Assembly (NCBI RefSeq): GCF_001194135.2 | Contig: NC_068983.1 | Location: forward strand, 63,301,271 to 63,365,270 | Direction: 5' to 3' | Length of the DNA: 64,000 nucleotides | From: Octopus bimaculoides | Lineage: Eukaryota | Made by a program: the position numbers and the translations under genes | In this document: positions 26,220 through 39,270 of the stretch, one piece after another | Position numbering within the stretch: the first letter of the stretch is position 1 | How the letters are laid out: every line of letters begins with the position of its first letter | Notes under the pieces: generated by a model | Database searches by the model: none | Told to the model about the DNA's origin: nothing | What the model saw: the letters and a program-made list of their open reading frames with translations, nothing else

Positions 26220-27100
26220 GATAACTCTTTTGTGAGGGTATAACTAAAAATCAATTACATTTGTATTTCTTTGACATTACCAGCATTGCCATTGTTGTTA
26301 CCATTGTTCTCATTTTATCATTGATTCTTTCATACTTGCTTATGAAAGACAGCTCTGTCATACAATATAACACCCTCATAAAAATCTTTTGCCATCTTGT
26401 TTGTGAGGCTGCCATCTTGAGATCTGATCTGACCTTTTCTTTGTTGAATACCTTCATGTTTCCCTGCTGTGAGTTTATTCTTCTGTCAGTATACACCATT
26501 TTCTTACCTATTATCTGTACATGTAACAAGGATTGTCATCTCCCCTGCATACTTCAAATAATAACTTTCATGTTCAGGAACCTGCTAAGTATACCTGCAC
26601 ACCAGTCTTTGAGAAAGTTACTTTTACACATTACATTATGTTTCACACAGTTTTCTCCAGTTTCTGTAGATGCTCAACATTCAATGTTCACTTTTCACTT
26701 ATAAAGGAGAGGTCCATTTACATTCACCAGAAGGAACTTTTTTCTAAAAGATCTTTTCTTTAGTTTATCATTACAACTATTGACCTAATATGTAATTACA
26801 ATGACTTTGCCTCAAAATAACAGATTTGTATTTATTTTGAGAAGAATATTAGCTATAGAAGCCCCTAATCTTCCAAATAATCCTGGAGCTTCAACACTCA
26901 TCATATCCATCCTGAGCAAGCCAATGATTATTCAGCAACAATGGCACTCACATCTATGTTTTTATTAGTTTTCATTAATACGTCAAACTTTCTCAACATT
27001 TCAGACAATGATCTGTCATATTATATCAGTATGAGAACACTTTCTTAATTTGGTTTTATCACATCAATTCAAGAATTCTTCTTTGACTGTCAGTACAACA
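26220..27100 (-). mobile_element. Highly decayed RTE-like LINE fragment (APE to RT linker)
   Basis: GQIRSQDGSLTNK and LKYAGEMTI motifs, and a GDVSA-type APE motif near 26950. Multiple stops and frameshifts. Confidence 0.45.
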
Positions 27101-27238
27101 TACATTTCAACATTAACATTGTTGAGTTTTACATCGATCATAAGTAGTATTTCTTGGCCAATTTTGTAAAAACTTGCAGAAACTTCATTTTTACTTTGCT
27201 CAATTTCCTCAAACTATTCTGTAGATTTACCAACTTTA

Positions 27239-27400
27239 GGCGTAGGAGTGGCTGTGTGGTAAGTAGCTTGCTTACCAACCTGGGTTCAGTCCCACTGCGT
27301 GGCACCTTGGGCAAGTGTCTTCTACTATAGCCTCGGGCCGACCAAAGCCTTGTGAGTGGATTTGGTAGAAAGAAACTGAAAGAAGCCCATCGTATATATG

Positions 27401-27494
<94 letters not shown>

Positions 27495-27716
27495 TATATG
27501 TTTGTGTGTCTGTGTTTGTCCCCCCAACATCGCTTGACAACCGATGCTGGTGTGTTTACGTCCCTGTAACTTAGCAATTCAACAAAAGTGGCTGATAGAA
27601 TAAATACTAGGCATCCAAATAATAAGTCCTGGGGTCGATTTGCTCGACTAAAGGTGGTGCTCCAGCATGGCTGCAGTCAAATGACTGAAACAAGTAAAAG
27701 AGTAAAAGAGTAAAAG
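27239..27716 (+). mobile_element. SINE family B, full length with expanded (TG)n
   Basis: Same head and tail as other copies, with about 70 bp of (TG)n internally. Confidence 0.9.
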
Positions 27717-28806
27717 GGTAATTTAAAGCTATTTTTCCCACATTTAATTTTACCAAATGCAGAGAATTTTGCTGGTATATGCGTATATTCACAAAATGAG
27801 ATTCACACTTGTTTCCACCAACATATGTGACAGTGATATCATCAATATCACTCTTACTTCCGTTATTTTTTTAAACATATGAAATAAGGTAAGCTAAGGC
27901 ACTTATTTCATAGTTCTTAGATAGATAAAAATCAAAACCTACCTCAGCATGGTTTTGAATTCAGAATGTAAAGGGCAAAATTAAATAATGATGATGATAA
28001 CTATGACAACAATGACAACAATAACAACCACCACCAACAACAATAACAACAATGCCATTACTGCTGCCACCACCATGATGATTGGGTCACTTTTCATGTT
28101 AAGAACAATCAATTACATTGACATACTAAATGACACTTATTGATGAACGGATGAATGATATAGTTAACTCTTCAAATGATTTCCAAGCAGAAGATACAAA
28201 GGTATTTAATCTATAGCTTCCTCATTTCTGCAAATCTTTATCCCTTCTAATAACAAGAATAGTAATCTTTATCACTGGCATTTTGATACAAAGTTTGGAG
28301 CAGGGCACAGTGAATTAAAAATAAAAGTAATGCTTTCTGATTTGGCAAAAAACTATGCACTTTGAGTTGAGGTTTGGCATCTGTTTTACTGTTCCTGAAA
28401 GGATGTTAAAGTTAACACCAGTAAGAACTTAATTCAGAAAATAAAGGATAAAACTAAGTACCTCAAGGTACTTTGTCTGACACTGTCAAATTCATCATCT
28501 AGTGCACACCTAATTATTATAATAATGATTTAGAATAGTTATATTATGTCACATATTTTTGGTTAGTGCACATATGATTACAGTAACTTCATGGCTTGAC
28601 TGGTAGTGATGATTGTCAAAGTCAACTTGTGGGATTCAAAGCGAGAGTGTAAAGGATGTAATTGAGTATTGCAAAGTATTTTGTTTGATGATTTACTGAT
28701 CCTGCTATCCATCACCCTTATAAAAATAATAGTAAAACCGTCAACATTATCAGCAGCAATAGTTACAGAAATTAAGATACACTGAAGAATAATTTTCCAA
28801 TCTTAC

Positions 28807-29025
28807 CATTCCAAATATGAGAGATTCACACAAAGCCGAGGATGGTAATATTTGCTTGATGCAAACTATGATCAAAGGATGTGTTGTTCGCGATAAATTT
28901 GATCCTGGGGACAGCAAAGGCTTGCCACTTGTGTTATCCATACAAAGAAGCTGCATTTGTGTTTTCATAAATATTGATAAGACAAAAACCAAAGAAATTA
29001 TTAAGACAAAATCAATGGAATTAAG
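28807..29025 (-). CDS. Candidate exon, 73 codons (LNSIDFVLIISLVFVLSIFM...SALCESLIFGM)
   Basis: Acceptor atatatttccacag, donor ATG|gtaaga, phase 0-0 and stop-free. An internal acceptor (ttgctgtccccag) is an alternative. No recognisable homology. Confidence 0.35.
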
Positions 29026-30501
29026 CTGTGGAAATATATTCTAAGGTACAAATATAAACTTAATCTTTAACTTCATATGATATGTGTGTGTATGTACATA
29101 TATATGTATGAATAAATGCATATATGCATGTGTGTGCATGTATGTATATATGTATATATGAATATGTATGTGTATATATATGTATGTATTTTAATAAACA
29201 AGATATATGTGTAAAAACTAACATTTCCTTTTTCTAAGCTGAGATTCGAAACCGAATCTAAGGATTCTCACTCATCTGATCTACCACTGGCCAAACAGAC
29301 GTGAAAGAAATTTCTTTGTCCTGTTAAGAAGTGATGGATGGTTTTTACCTTCGACCTGCGACTTCAGCTGTGTCATTTAAGGTTCAAGTGGACAGAAGGC
29401 AACCTACATAGGTAGGAATTTCTGCTGTGGTATGTCTGTCCTTCTAGCTGTCATGACCATTATAAATACAGTAATCTGTCAAGGAATGGGAGTGAGAGAG
29501 ATAGCCAGAGGCGAGACAGCCAGCAAGTAACTTCGCCAGTTAAGCAGGCAACAAAGAACCAGATATTCAGCATGAATGACCCAACACAGAAGTAGAAGCA
29601 GAACATAAACAGACACCACTGAATAATCAATGCACACAGACACAAAATATGTCCGGCTCTACCTCATCATATCGACACAGTATTTACCCTGTTAATTTCT
29701 TCTTGGTCAGCTCAAAGTAAGTTGGTAATGTCATGTAGTGAGATATTTGGTGTATACAACAAGTAAATGCAAGTGCTGTTTAAATAAATTATTTAAACTA
29801 CAATCCAATACTTTCCAATTGTTTTACTTAGATGTCATCCACATGCCTATTTCACCTGCTACCTCAACATCTTTTCCTACACCTTTCCTACTACATATGT
29901 AAACAATCTCATACTTACTATGAAGGTAACTTGAAACTTAAAAGTTGAAATTAATAACAAATAAATAATGGTGAAATATTAACCAACTAATTCAAAGTAG
30001 TCATAGTCTCTCATTTAAGTATTGGAACCTTATAAAGTGTCAATACAATACAGATTTATTGTCTTGTTTACTTGAAAACAACATCACCAACACCACCAAA
30101 AAAAAAAATAGTTACAGGAAAGATTACATCGCATTTAGATAAATAAATTTTGAATATATTAAGGTATAGTATATTAACTTGCTTCATACACTCCATTGAA
30201 TATGAATCTTTCTTTGCAGAAATACTGCATTTGTTTACACATGAAAAATTTATTCATAAATATGTTGTGTTTTATGTACTGGGTCTTAGAGTTATACCTT
30301 CTAACTGCTATGATAGAGTACTTGCAACAACTTTATTTTGCAATCAGTTAGATGGGAGAAAAAAAAACAGAAACAATATATAAGAAAAGCAAATAACATG
30401 TAATGACAGAAGCAAAGGAAATAATAGCCATTAAGTATGTAGTTATAGATATACTATACCTATGCCTAACCAACAAACTTACAATATACTGTACTGGTTA
30501 A

Positions 30502-30777
30502 CCCATTACCTACCAGTGATCTCATATAAGATCACTTAAAAATTACAAATTTCGTATTTACACATATCTAACCTTTTTGCTATATCTACTAGGTATATTT
30601 CTCTGATATTCAAATAAGGTTTGCTAATTTTTCACCCAATATCTCGCTTATCTCTATTTAAGATGTTATTTTGAAATGTTATTTTGATCATTCCAGCATG
30701 TTTCTAAGACTGTTTTATGCTAGAAATCAAAGTTTCATAAAAAAATTCCAGTTAATAGAATTATGGGAGGTAATGGG
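30502..30777. mobile_element. piggyBac-type MITE
   Basis: TTAA|CCCATTACCTACCA ... TGGGAGGTAATGGG|TTAA: 14-bp TIR with one mismatch and a TTAA target duplication. Confidence 0.85.
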
Positions 30778-31189
30778 TTAATAATAGCACAGTATTGTGA
30801 GTAGAACTATGAGTAAAATTATGAATCTTTGAAGTACTCTGATCAAGATATTACAATTTAAAACCATATTGATGTTCTCTGCTCCCAAGTTTGGGAAACC
30901 TGCAAGTTAGTTTCGTAGGTCATGGACAAACTACTCACATGAGTAGTTTGTTCATGAGTGGGTAGCAAGGAAATTAGGAGAAAACTTTGATAATGACAAT
31001 GATATTTAGGATTGTGTATGCTATATTTTTTTACTGTTGAAGCTATCATGTACATTTATGTCAGGTCTGTGAGTAATTGAATAGGTTTTTTGCTCTGTTA
31101 GTATTTAATATCAGAATATTTAAACACCTTGTGTTTTGTCTCTGTGGCATGCATGCATTTATGCTAGAAATTTATATATACATATATAT

Positions 31190-31614
31190 ATCATAAATAT
31201 ACAGGGATTAGCATTGAGTTGCTTCTCCAACATACTGAAAATTTTAGAAATAGCAGTCAAAGAACTACTGATTCTAAACTACAAATTTTTCTCTAAGCGG
31301 ATGGCGATATTTATGGCACACATAGAACAAAAAACCGGAGGGAAAAGCGTAAACAAAACAAGTCTTTAGTTAATTGGATACGAATCGTTTCATGGTTAAG
31401 CGAATGAAAATTTCACTATTCCGTATCCAATTAACTAAAGACTTGTTCTGTTTACGCTTTTCCCTCTGGTTTTTTGTTCTATGTGTGCCATAAATATCGC
31501 CATCCGTTTAGAGAAAAATTTGTAGTTTAGAATCAGTAGTTCTTTGACTGCTATTTCTAAAATTTTCAGTATGTTGGAGAAGCAACTCAATGCTAATCCC
31601 TGTATATTTATGAT
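31190..31614. repeat. Near-perfect foldback (193-bp arms, 39-nt spacer)
   Basis: The + ORF 31136-31369 and - ORF 31435-31647 translate to almost the same peptide. Only about three arm mismatches are visible. Confidence 0.97.
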
Positions 31615-31758
31615 GATAAATGGTTTTACCGATAAAGGTTTTTTCATACTGAACTACTTGGCAAAATTGTTAATTATTAATTCTATTATTAATTGACGAT
31701 TCCCTGCCCTTATTCTTGTATATTTTATATACATATATATATATGTATATTGTTTTAC

Positions 31759-31866
31759 TTGTGAATTAACAAGGCAAGCAATGGTATCATGTAGGAGAGA
31801 TCTCCACAATTATTCAAGCAAACCACTTGGGAATGTTGGTACTTGTCATATGAAATCATTGGTTCC
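31759..31866 (-). CDS. Candidate exon (EPMISYDKYQHSQVVCLNNCGDLSYMIPLLALLIH)
   Basis: Acceptor attctttattttgtatcaacaag, donor AA|gtaaaa, 108 nt, symmetric phase 2-2. Only one of three frames is open. Confidence 0.5.
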
Positions 31867-32569
31867 CTTGTTGATACAAAATAAAGAATATTTATCCCAC
31901 AATATGGAGTTGAATACACATTCTCACTATTTGATACTAGCATGTGTGTGTGTGTGTGTGTGTGTGTGTATTATGTGCAAGACAGCAGAACGTAAAGGAA
32001 ATAGGACATCTCATTCTACTTGCTTTACTCTACCAAACACATAGACAACAATGCTATTCAGGTAACATGTCAGCTGTAACAGCTCATGCACATATCAAAT
32101 TTTATGTGACTATTTAACACCCTACTATCATAAAAAAGAAACAAAACTGAGAATAAATATGGAAAATTAGTTACTCACATAGTGTTCTCTGAATGGAATA
32201 TGAATGGGATTGATGATGCTAGTTAGGACATCACACTTTATCACCATAGGAATATCATCTATAAGAAAAGATTATGTCAGATAATTTATACATGAACAAT
32301 TAATGAGACAACATACTTGATTTTGAACTTTAAAACCTTAAAATATCAATGTTTTTGAATGGGATACTTAATTTCTATCACCCAGTTAATGGTTACATAT
32401 CCAACTGACCAGGTCATAGAAGTGCAATGAAACTTTTTCACATTTCATAGTAGAAAGTAACATCAAGAAGTAAACAAGAAGTGAATATAACAACATTTGT
32501 ATGTTCTTAAATGGCTAAAATGATTCTTCTACAATGTAACTGCTTAAGCATACATACATTATGTATAGG

Positions 32570-33320
32570 AGTTACAAACTTGTGACATAGAGGACAACTG
32601 GGAATTCTTGTGGGACAGCTTGCTGAGTGCCACAGACCAAATCTGTGGGTGTTGCAAAGTCCCAACCAGACCTAGGGTAATGTGGTGGTGGAACAATGCA
32701 GTAGACAGGACCATTAGAGCAAAGAAACGGGTCTGGAAGGACTGGAAGAGTTGGGGTAGCAGGGAACTGTATCAGACAGCCAGAAGGGAAGCTAGGAGAC
32801 AGGTATATCTAGCCAAGGGAGAAGCAAAAAAGAAGTTTGCCTATGTCTAGCAATGAGAGGACCAGAGAACTGAAATTATTTTGGATTGCAAGACAGTGTG
32901 TGAGAGAAATGTGTCCACATGGATGATGGTGCACTTGAATTTAATGATTCTGCAAAGAAAGAAGCTTGGAAATGCCATTGTGAAAGACTTCTGAATGTGG
33001 AGGATGAATGGGAGGACAAGAGTCTACCAAACATTGACCCAATTGAGGGACCAGCTACTCAAATCGACAGTACCTTGGTAGATAAATCAATTAAGGATAT
33101 GAAAACAGGGAAAGCACTCGGTCCACTCGGAATCATTGCTGAGACGCTTCAAATATCTGGTGGTGTGGGTTATGGTCTTGTCACCCATATTGTAAATCAA
33201 ATGGTTTACAAAGGAGTCATACCCAATGACTAGTGTAGCAGCACCATAATCAACTGCTACAAAGGTAAAGGTTATACCTTAGATAGAAATAATTACAGAG
33301 GTATCAAATTTTTGGATCAC
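32570..33320 (+). mobile_element. RTE LINE fragment (linker to RT start)
   Basis: WWWNNAVDRTIRAKKRVWKDWK, KKEAWKCHCERLLNVE, MKTGKALGP.GIIAE and YKGKG..LDRNNYRGIKFLDH are characteristic RTE motifs. Confidence 0.9.
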
Positions 33321-33821
33321 ATACCTTACACTTGTTCAACTTTTAAAATTATTTCTCACAGAAATTCACCAAATAAGTAGAACATATTTTACCACACCGA
33401 ACAACTGAGTACAGCCTATCCTATTTGAACAAAGAAATTCTCAAAATAACTTTACCTTCTTACTAAACTTTCTTTAAAGTTCAGAGGTCTTCCCCACTAC
33501 TACTTCACACATCTATGCTAATTTGTCAAACCACATCACTTACTACTATTGCTGGTGTCACACTCTTTGCTGCTAATGATACTGCCAATTTCTACCAGGA
33601 CAACTGTGTCAAACTCCTTCATACACCAAACTAGTCAACGAGGGTAAAAGTACATGCAGGAGTGGTGTTATGAAATCCCACCATCCTGAAGAAATCAGGA
33701 AAGTAAGAAAACTGTGGAAAAAGTACAATATCACAGTGGTTCTTCAGCATGACTGACATTGTATGGCTGAAACAAATAAAAGAAATAAAAGAAAAACACA
33801 CACAGACGTACACATCATCAT

Positions 33822-35020
33822 CATCATTTAATGTCCCTTTTTCCATGATGGTATGGGTTGGATGATTTGACAAGAACAGATGAGCTAGAGGGCTCTACTA
33901 GGTTCTATGTCTGCTCTGACATACTTTCTACAGCTGGATGCTCTTTATAACACCAACCACTTAATTGAGTGCACTTGGTGCTTTTTCTATGGCACCAGCA
34001 CCGGTGAGGTTGCCAAGTACCCACAAGATAGATCCTTCAACTAAGCAGGGTATAGACTGGAGGAATAAGAAACGATGATAGAAGGAGAGGAGCAGGTGTC
34101 TTTCTGAAGAGGTGAATATGTGGCTTGCCCACCTGGAAATTGAGAAAGAGAAAGAAAGCAAGAAAGAAAGAGATGTGAGGTCCAGGTACAATGTGAATAT
34201 GAAACAAGAGGAAGTGGGTTGAGTGAAAACAGTGTGTCAAATGACAAGAGATAAGGAATGAGTTTGAAGCAGGGGATAACAGTTCAGTGTAGGGGAAGTG
34301 GAGAAAATAGTGTATTGCAGGAGATTGATGGAAGAGTAGGTGTCAGGGGATGATTTCTGGAAGAAGGCTTTACAGAGCCTCAATTCTCCTGAGATGGACA
34401 GGGCTTCTTAAGCACAGTATAATGCCATTCATCTTAGTCCCTTGTTGTGTCTGTGAGCGTCAACATCTTGAGGTCAGTCTTTACCACTTCGTCCCATGTC
34501 TACCTAGGTCTATCTCTTCTATATGTTCCTTCCACATTTGGCGATTGATAATTCTTTATACAGCTGTCCTCATTCATTTACATCACATGATCCTACCAGT
34601 GCAGTCTTCTCTCCTGTACATCACATTGAATGCCTCTTATACTTAATTTTTCTCTTTGTACATGCACACTGACATTGCACATCTATTAGAGCATACTTGC
34701 TTGATTTCTTTCAAGTCTTGCATGTCTTTTTCATTCACAGCCATATAGCATTGCTGTTCATACATAGGCATCATACAATCTGCCTTTCATTCTGAGAGAG
34801 AGGCTTCTTGTAACCAACAGAGGTAAAATTTCTCTGAACTTTTCCCAGCCAATTAGTATTCTAGCAACCATACATTCAGAGCATCCTCCTTCACTGCTTA
34901 TTAGATCACCTGAATAACAAAAACTATCTTCTACTTCTAGAGAGCCTCCTGGGCATTTCAGAACATGATGTATATACAAGATGTATGTACCAACTTCCCT
35001 TTTATCCACTTCTAAAATCA
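33822..35020 (-). mobile_element. RTE LINE 3' portion (family A tail plus RT C-terminus), rearranged
   Basis: LEVEDSFCYSGDLISSEGGCSECMVARILIGWEKFREILPLL..KGRLYDAYV; family A tail at 33822-34030. Confidence 0.8.
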
Positions 35021-36329
35021 TTTGGTTCTCTGGCTAACCATACAAACTAATAGTAACCATTTCAGTACCTTTTAATATGAACATTGTAGCAGTTAGAACA
35101 TGTTACATCCAGCAAAAAGTATGTTAACTCGACGCATGAAAAACAATGTTAATGGTATAGTACAAGTACAAGTGCAACCATGTTGTTAAGTGCTTCACAA
35201 CCATGAGGTTCTTCTTTTGATCTCACTCCACAGCACTCTGAGCATGTTTTCAACTGTAGCTTCAGGATGACTAATGCTTTGAGCTGATGGAATCTATATG
35301 TATCTATGTCTATGTTTGTATATAATGCTGCATTCAGTTATAGCTCTTAACATGGAAAGGTAAATGAGCCATTTCATAATTAGATATTGTTAAAACAAAT
35401 GCTTTACTAAAATAAATACTAGAGTTGATGTGATTGGTTAAAATCCCTTGAAGATTGTTCTCCACACTTATCACAACCTAATGGCTGACACCAGTGAAAA
35501 AAAAATACAAATTTTGACATAAACTTGCAGAATTTGAATTATTAGAAATGGAGAACAAAGAATTTATTATCAGCACAACTGAATTTGCTATTATTGAAGA
35601 AGTTAAATTACAAAATTATTATTGTAAAAAGAATATGAATACACTATATCAATAATAGGCATGTAAACATCTTTGCTACTATATATTCATCTTAATCAAA
35701 ATATGTCTTATGTAGTATTAATAATTTAATAATTTTCATGATATTCAGATGAAAAGAATAATAAAAAAGATATTTGCAATTATAATGAGAAAGCAAGAAA
35801 CTCTATAATGCACTCCATTAGCAAGTCTAATTTTAATGATCAGTAAATATTTTTGAAGAAAAAAATATATCAACTGATTGACACAACTAACGGCATTTCA
35901 AAATACAATAAAGTTATGTAAATTAGATGACTATTTTGATAAATTATATTACAATCTTGACATAAATCTAGTTCAAATATATTATTTGTTTCTTGAATTT
36001 CATGTTTTTTTCCAGTTGTTTGAAAATAGTATATAAAGAATGTCAGAAACCATACTTCTTAAAAAAACAGATGTAACAAAAAGTTGATGTTACACCAAAA
36101 CACAGGACATGAATTTTAAAAAGATTAGAACACAGAGGTGATATAGCCTGTGAGAAATTCAATTATCTTATTGGTAAGCATCAAACAGGCAGCAAAACAA
36201 ACATTCAATTCTCCAGAGACACAAACACTTGAATGAAATTAGTAACCAATATGAAATAAAGTGGATTTTTGTCTACGAATTAATCATGTTTTATTTATTT
36301 CACAACAATGATTATCAAGTGAAATATAC

Positions 36330-37680
36330 ATCAGAGATGCTTTCCTACACAGAAACTACAGGGGTTAAAAAGAAATATTGCAAGCTCTTCTTCTGGTGGT
36401 AACTAAAGTTATTAGAAACCCTTTCATATCATCAACAGATAACTGAGGGTCACAGGCATTTTGCTTCTGAGCCTGATAGCTTTGCCTCAGCAAGGCAGTG
36501 AGGACTGAACTATCTTTTGGTTGCATTTTCTTGTCAACCACAAACACCTTGAACTGGTTTCTGCTGCCATGCCTATCTTCTTGGTGGTTTTCTTCATCAC
36601 TTTGCATTGCAAACCAATCTTCTGCTGGAAATAGCATGCTAATTATGCTGGAAAGCTGTGGCAGCCAAATTTAATTGGGAATGAATCAATGTGCAATACT
36701 TTGAAAGGTACCGCATCCAACAAGTTTTCTTTCAGTTGGTGAGAAATGTCAAGTCTCTCTTCCCACAATTGTTCTTTTTGCACTCATGAATAGCAAGAAC
36801 ATGTTTGATCAGAACAACATTACTGCTCCCTCTTCTGGGAAGACAAGTCTACCCTTCAGGATCACTTGCATCCTCTAGTAGAAAATAGGTCACCAGCAAT
36901 TGCTTTCACTTTACAAGCCTTGTCACTTTCCTTAAGAATTTGATACACTTGAGTAGTGATAGCTACTGTTTATCAGCTTCAACTCTCTGCAAGTCCATCC
37001 ATTTGGATTTACAAAAGGAGTTTTTATAATGTCTCCTTTTGTATCAGCCTTTTCCTGATGCTCTTGGGTATCCAGTTAAAGTGTGATTCAAGGTGCAAAG
37101 AGTAGCTCCACACTATGGGTCTTCTGTCTTTTGTCATTTTTTAAGGTTATATGGTCTTGGTAAGAGATCAGTGATGGCACACAGAAGACACGATGATTTT
37201 CCCTGGTCAGCTTCAGAATTTCCTCCAGGACAGTGGGCACTTAAGTGTCTGGTCCCACTGTCTTTGGTGGACAAGCTCAACCACTTTTGCACAGTGATCT
37301 TCCTCAGTTCTAGCAATAGGTTTGTGACCACCCAAAAGTACTACAAATATTGAGCAACCTGTTACAATGCCCTTTTCCAGGCTCTCCCACCTGGTGGGGA
37401 AATTTCCCACAGTGAATCTACCGAGAATCTAATCTTCAGTAAATTTATATGTGACATTGATAACTTGACTGCTACTGTTGGTATTTGGTAGTATACCAGT
37501 GCACTTTAGATTAGCTAGTGGAGCACACTTGAGTAAGCTTTGGCAAGATCTAACCATACTACCGTATATTTCTATTCCACTTACCTCCTTAATGATGTGG
37601 TTGATTGCTGATGTATGCTCCAAGCATCCAGAGTAGCTTGGAATTCCCGTTTTGGACATTTGTGTTAATGTACCCATTGG
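36330..37680 (-). mobile_element. HERO-like RLE non-LTR retrotransposon, internally deleted
   Basis: GIPSYSGCLEHTSAINHII (RT motif), ITDLLPRPYNL..CPGGNSE (zinc knuckle region) and MQVILKGRLVFPEE (RLE region). Confidence 0.7.
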
Positions 37681-38999
37681 CCAGTATATATACTGATCAA
37701 ATGTTCATTTAATGACATTTAAGCATGAGTTTAGAAATGTAAGCCCATTATATATGGCATTAATGTCAATTGATTGCTAGAAAAAATGGTGAGGGCGACT
37801 CTTTTAACCAAAACTTTAGCTATTGTAGAAATATTTAAAATACTAGCTCTTTCATATGAAATAGAATGGACGTTATTACAAATTAAAGAAAAATAAAATG
37901 AAACAAAGCCATAACAAAGTTTGTACATATTATTTTAAAGTCACTGATTTAGTATCTTCAACTCAAACTCATGTTTTAAACAAACATTGTGCCATAGAAC
38001 CACAAACACACCTCATACACTGACATCCAGCTTACATGGTAAGCCTCACACAACCACAAAAGTATCTCTTACACTAAAAACCTTGCTCAATGCACATCAC
38101 ACAACTACAGACATCTACACTAACATCATACGTAATAGATACAAACATCTTTTCTACACAGTGACACAGGAAACTTTTAACAAGTTCACACATACCAAAC
38201 ACCAGGGACCAGGTCACTGAACTAATGATGGAGCCACAATGTGGGTCACTTTAACTGCAAGAAATAGCAGCAAAACCACTCTAAAAAGCACATCCTATAG
38301 TCTTAAATAAGGACAGGAGATTAAATGATATAGTCCTACACACCCATAAAAGGATAAAAATGAGCACAATGTGGATGCCTTTCACCACAGGTTTGTTTCA
38401 TCACGATTGAGACTGAAGCTAAACCACAACAATAACATGGTTAGGACTCTTGAAGTAGTGGAAATTTAGCAGATAACAGATTAATGAAGTAATGTGAGTG
38501 AATAGGAGTAATGATGAAACTGTTCATGATCATTCCAGAAGCTGTTCATGATCATTCCAGAACTGAATCAGTGATTTTGTTGAGAGAAATATAGCAAGAG
38601 GTTTCATAATGTGTATAGTGTGGGAACCATATCTAAAGTTGTTCTTGCAATATTATTTCAAAACATGAATTAGTGAGATGGATTCAGATACCAAAGTGAT
38701 GAAATAAATGTTTTTAAATACTGTCAGTTGTTTTGGCAATGCATCTAACTTGTTCCAGAACATCGTTAATTATGACAGAAATGTTACGTCAAATAAAATG
38801 TGTATTTAGGGACAATTCATTCCAAAACCATAACCAAGTACAAAAGTTTACACTCCAAAGAGCCCTTTAAAAAATAAAATGTAAGACATGGGCCCTCAGT
38901 GCAGAGAACTTGCAAGAACTTGAGAGGAATGTAGCTAGTATGCTCAGATACATGTGCAACACCAGTGTGTATATAGAATGCGCAAATATGTTGGGAGAA

Positions 39000-39270
39000 A
39001 AATTAAACATAAGATGAATCAGATGTAGCATGTAAGAGAGAAGACAGTAATGGTTAAGTCATGTGAAGTGTATGGATGAGAAATATTATATTAAAAAAGT
39101 GCCAACTGATTAAAATTGATGGAACAGGTGGAAAGGTAGGGACCAGGAAGGTGTGGGATGAAGTGGTGAGGATTTATCTCAAGACGTTGAGCCTTACAGA
39201 GGAGATAACAAAAGACTGAAATATCTGGCGATATGAGGTTCTCTAGAAGACCTGCCAAAACTGAGTTCTA
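39000..39270 (+). mobile_element. Decayed RTE 3' fragment
   Basis: GGAACAGGTGGAAAGGTAGGGACCAGGAAGGTGTGGGATGAAGTGGTGAGG matches the RTE 'G.CGRGRPRKTWDEVV' coding sequence. Confidence 0.6.

Noticed and set aside
29713-29718. Possible 6-nt plus-strand microexon (ttcttcttggtcag|CTCAAA|gtaagt), and a 33-nt one near 8751-8783
   Set aside because: No other plus-strand coding support was found. Such motifs occur by chance at this AT content.
29688-29775. 88-nt open minus-strand segment (LAFTCCIHQISHYMTLPTYFELTKKKLT)
   Set aside because: Its phase is incompatible with neighbouring candidates and there is no homology evidence.
31136-31647. Two 'identical genes' on opposite strands
   Set aside because: They are the two arms of a palindrome and show no coding evidence.
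38519-38563. 22-bp perfect tandem duplication, and the 16-bp triplication at about 21866-21912
   Set aside because: These are ordinary slippage events.
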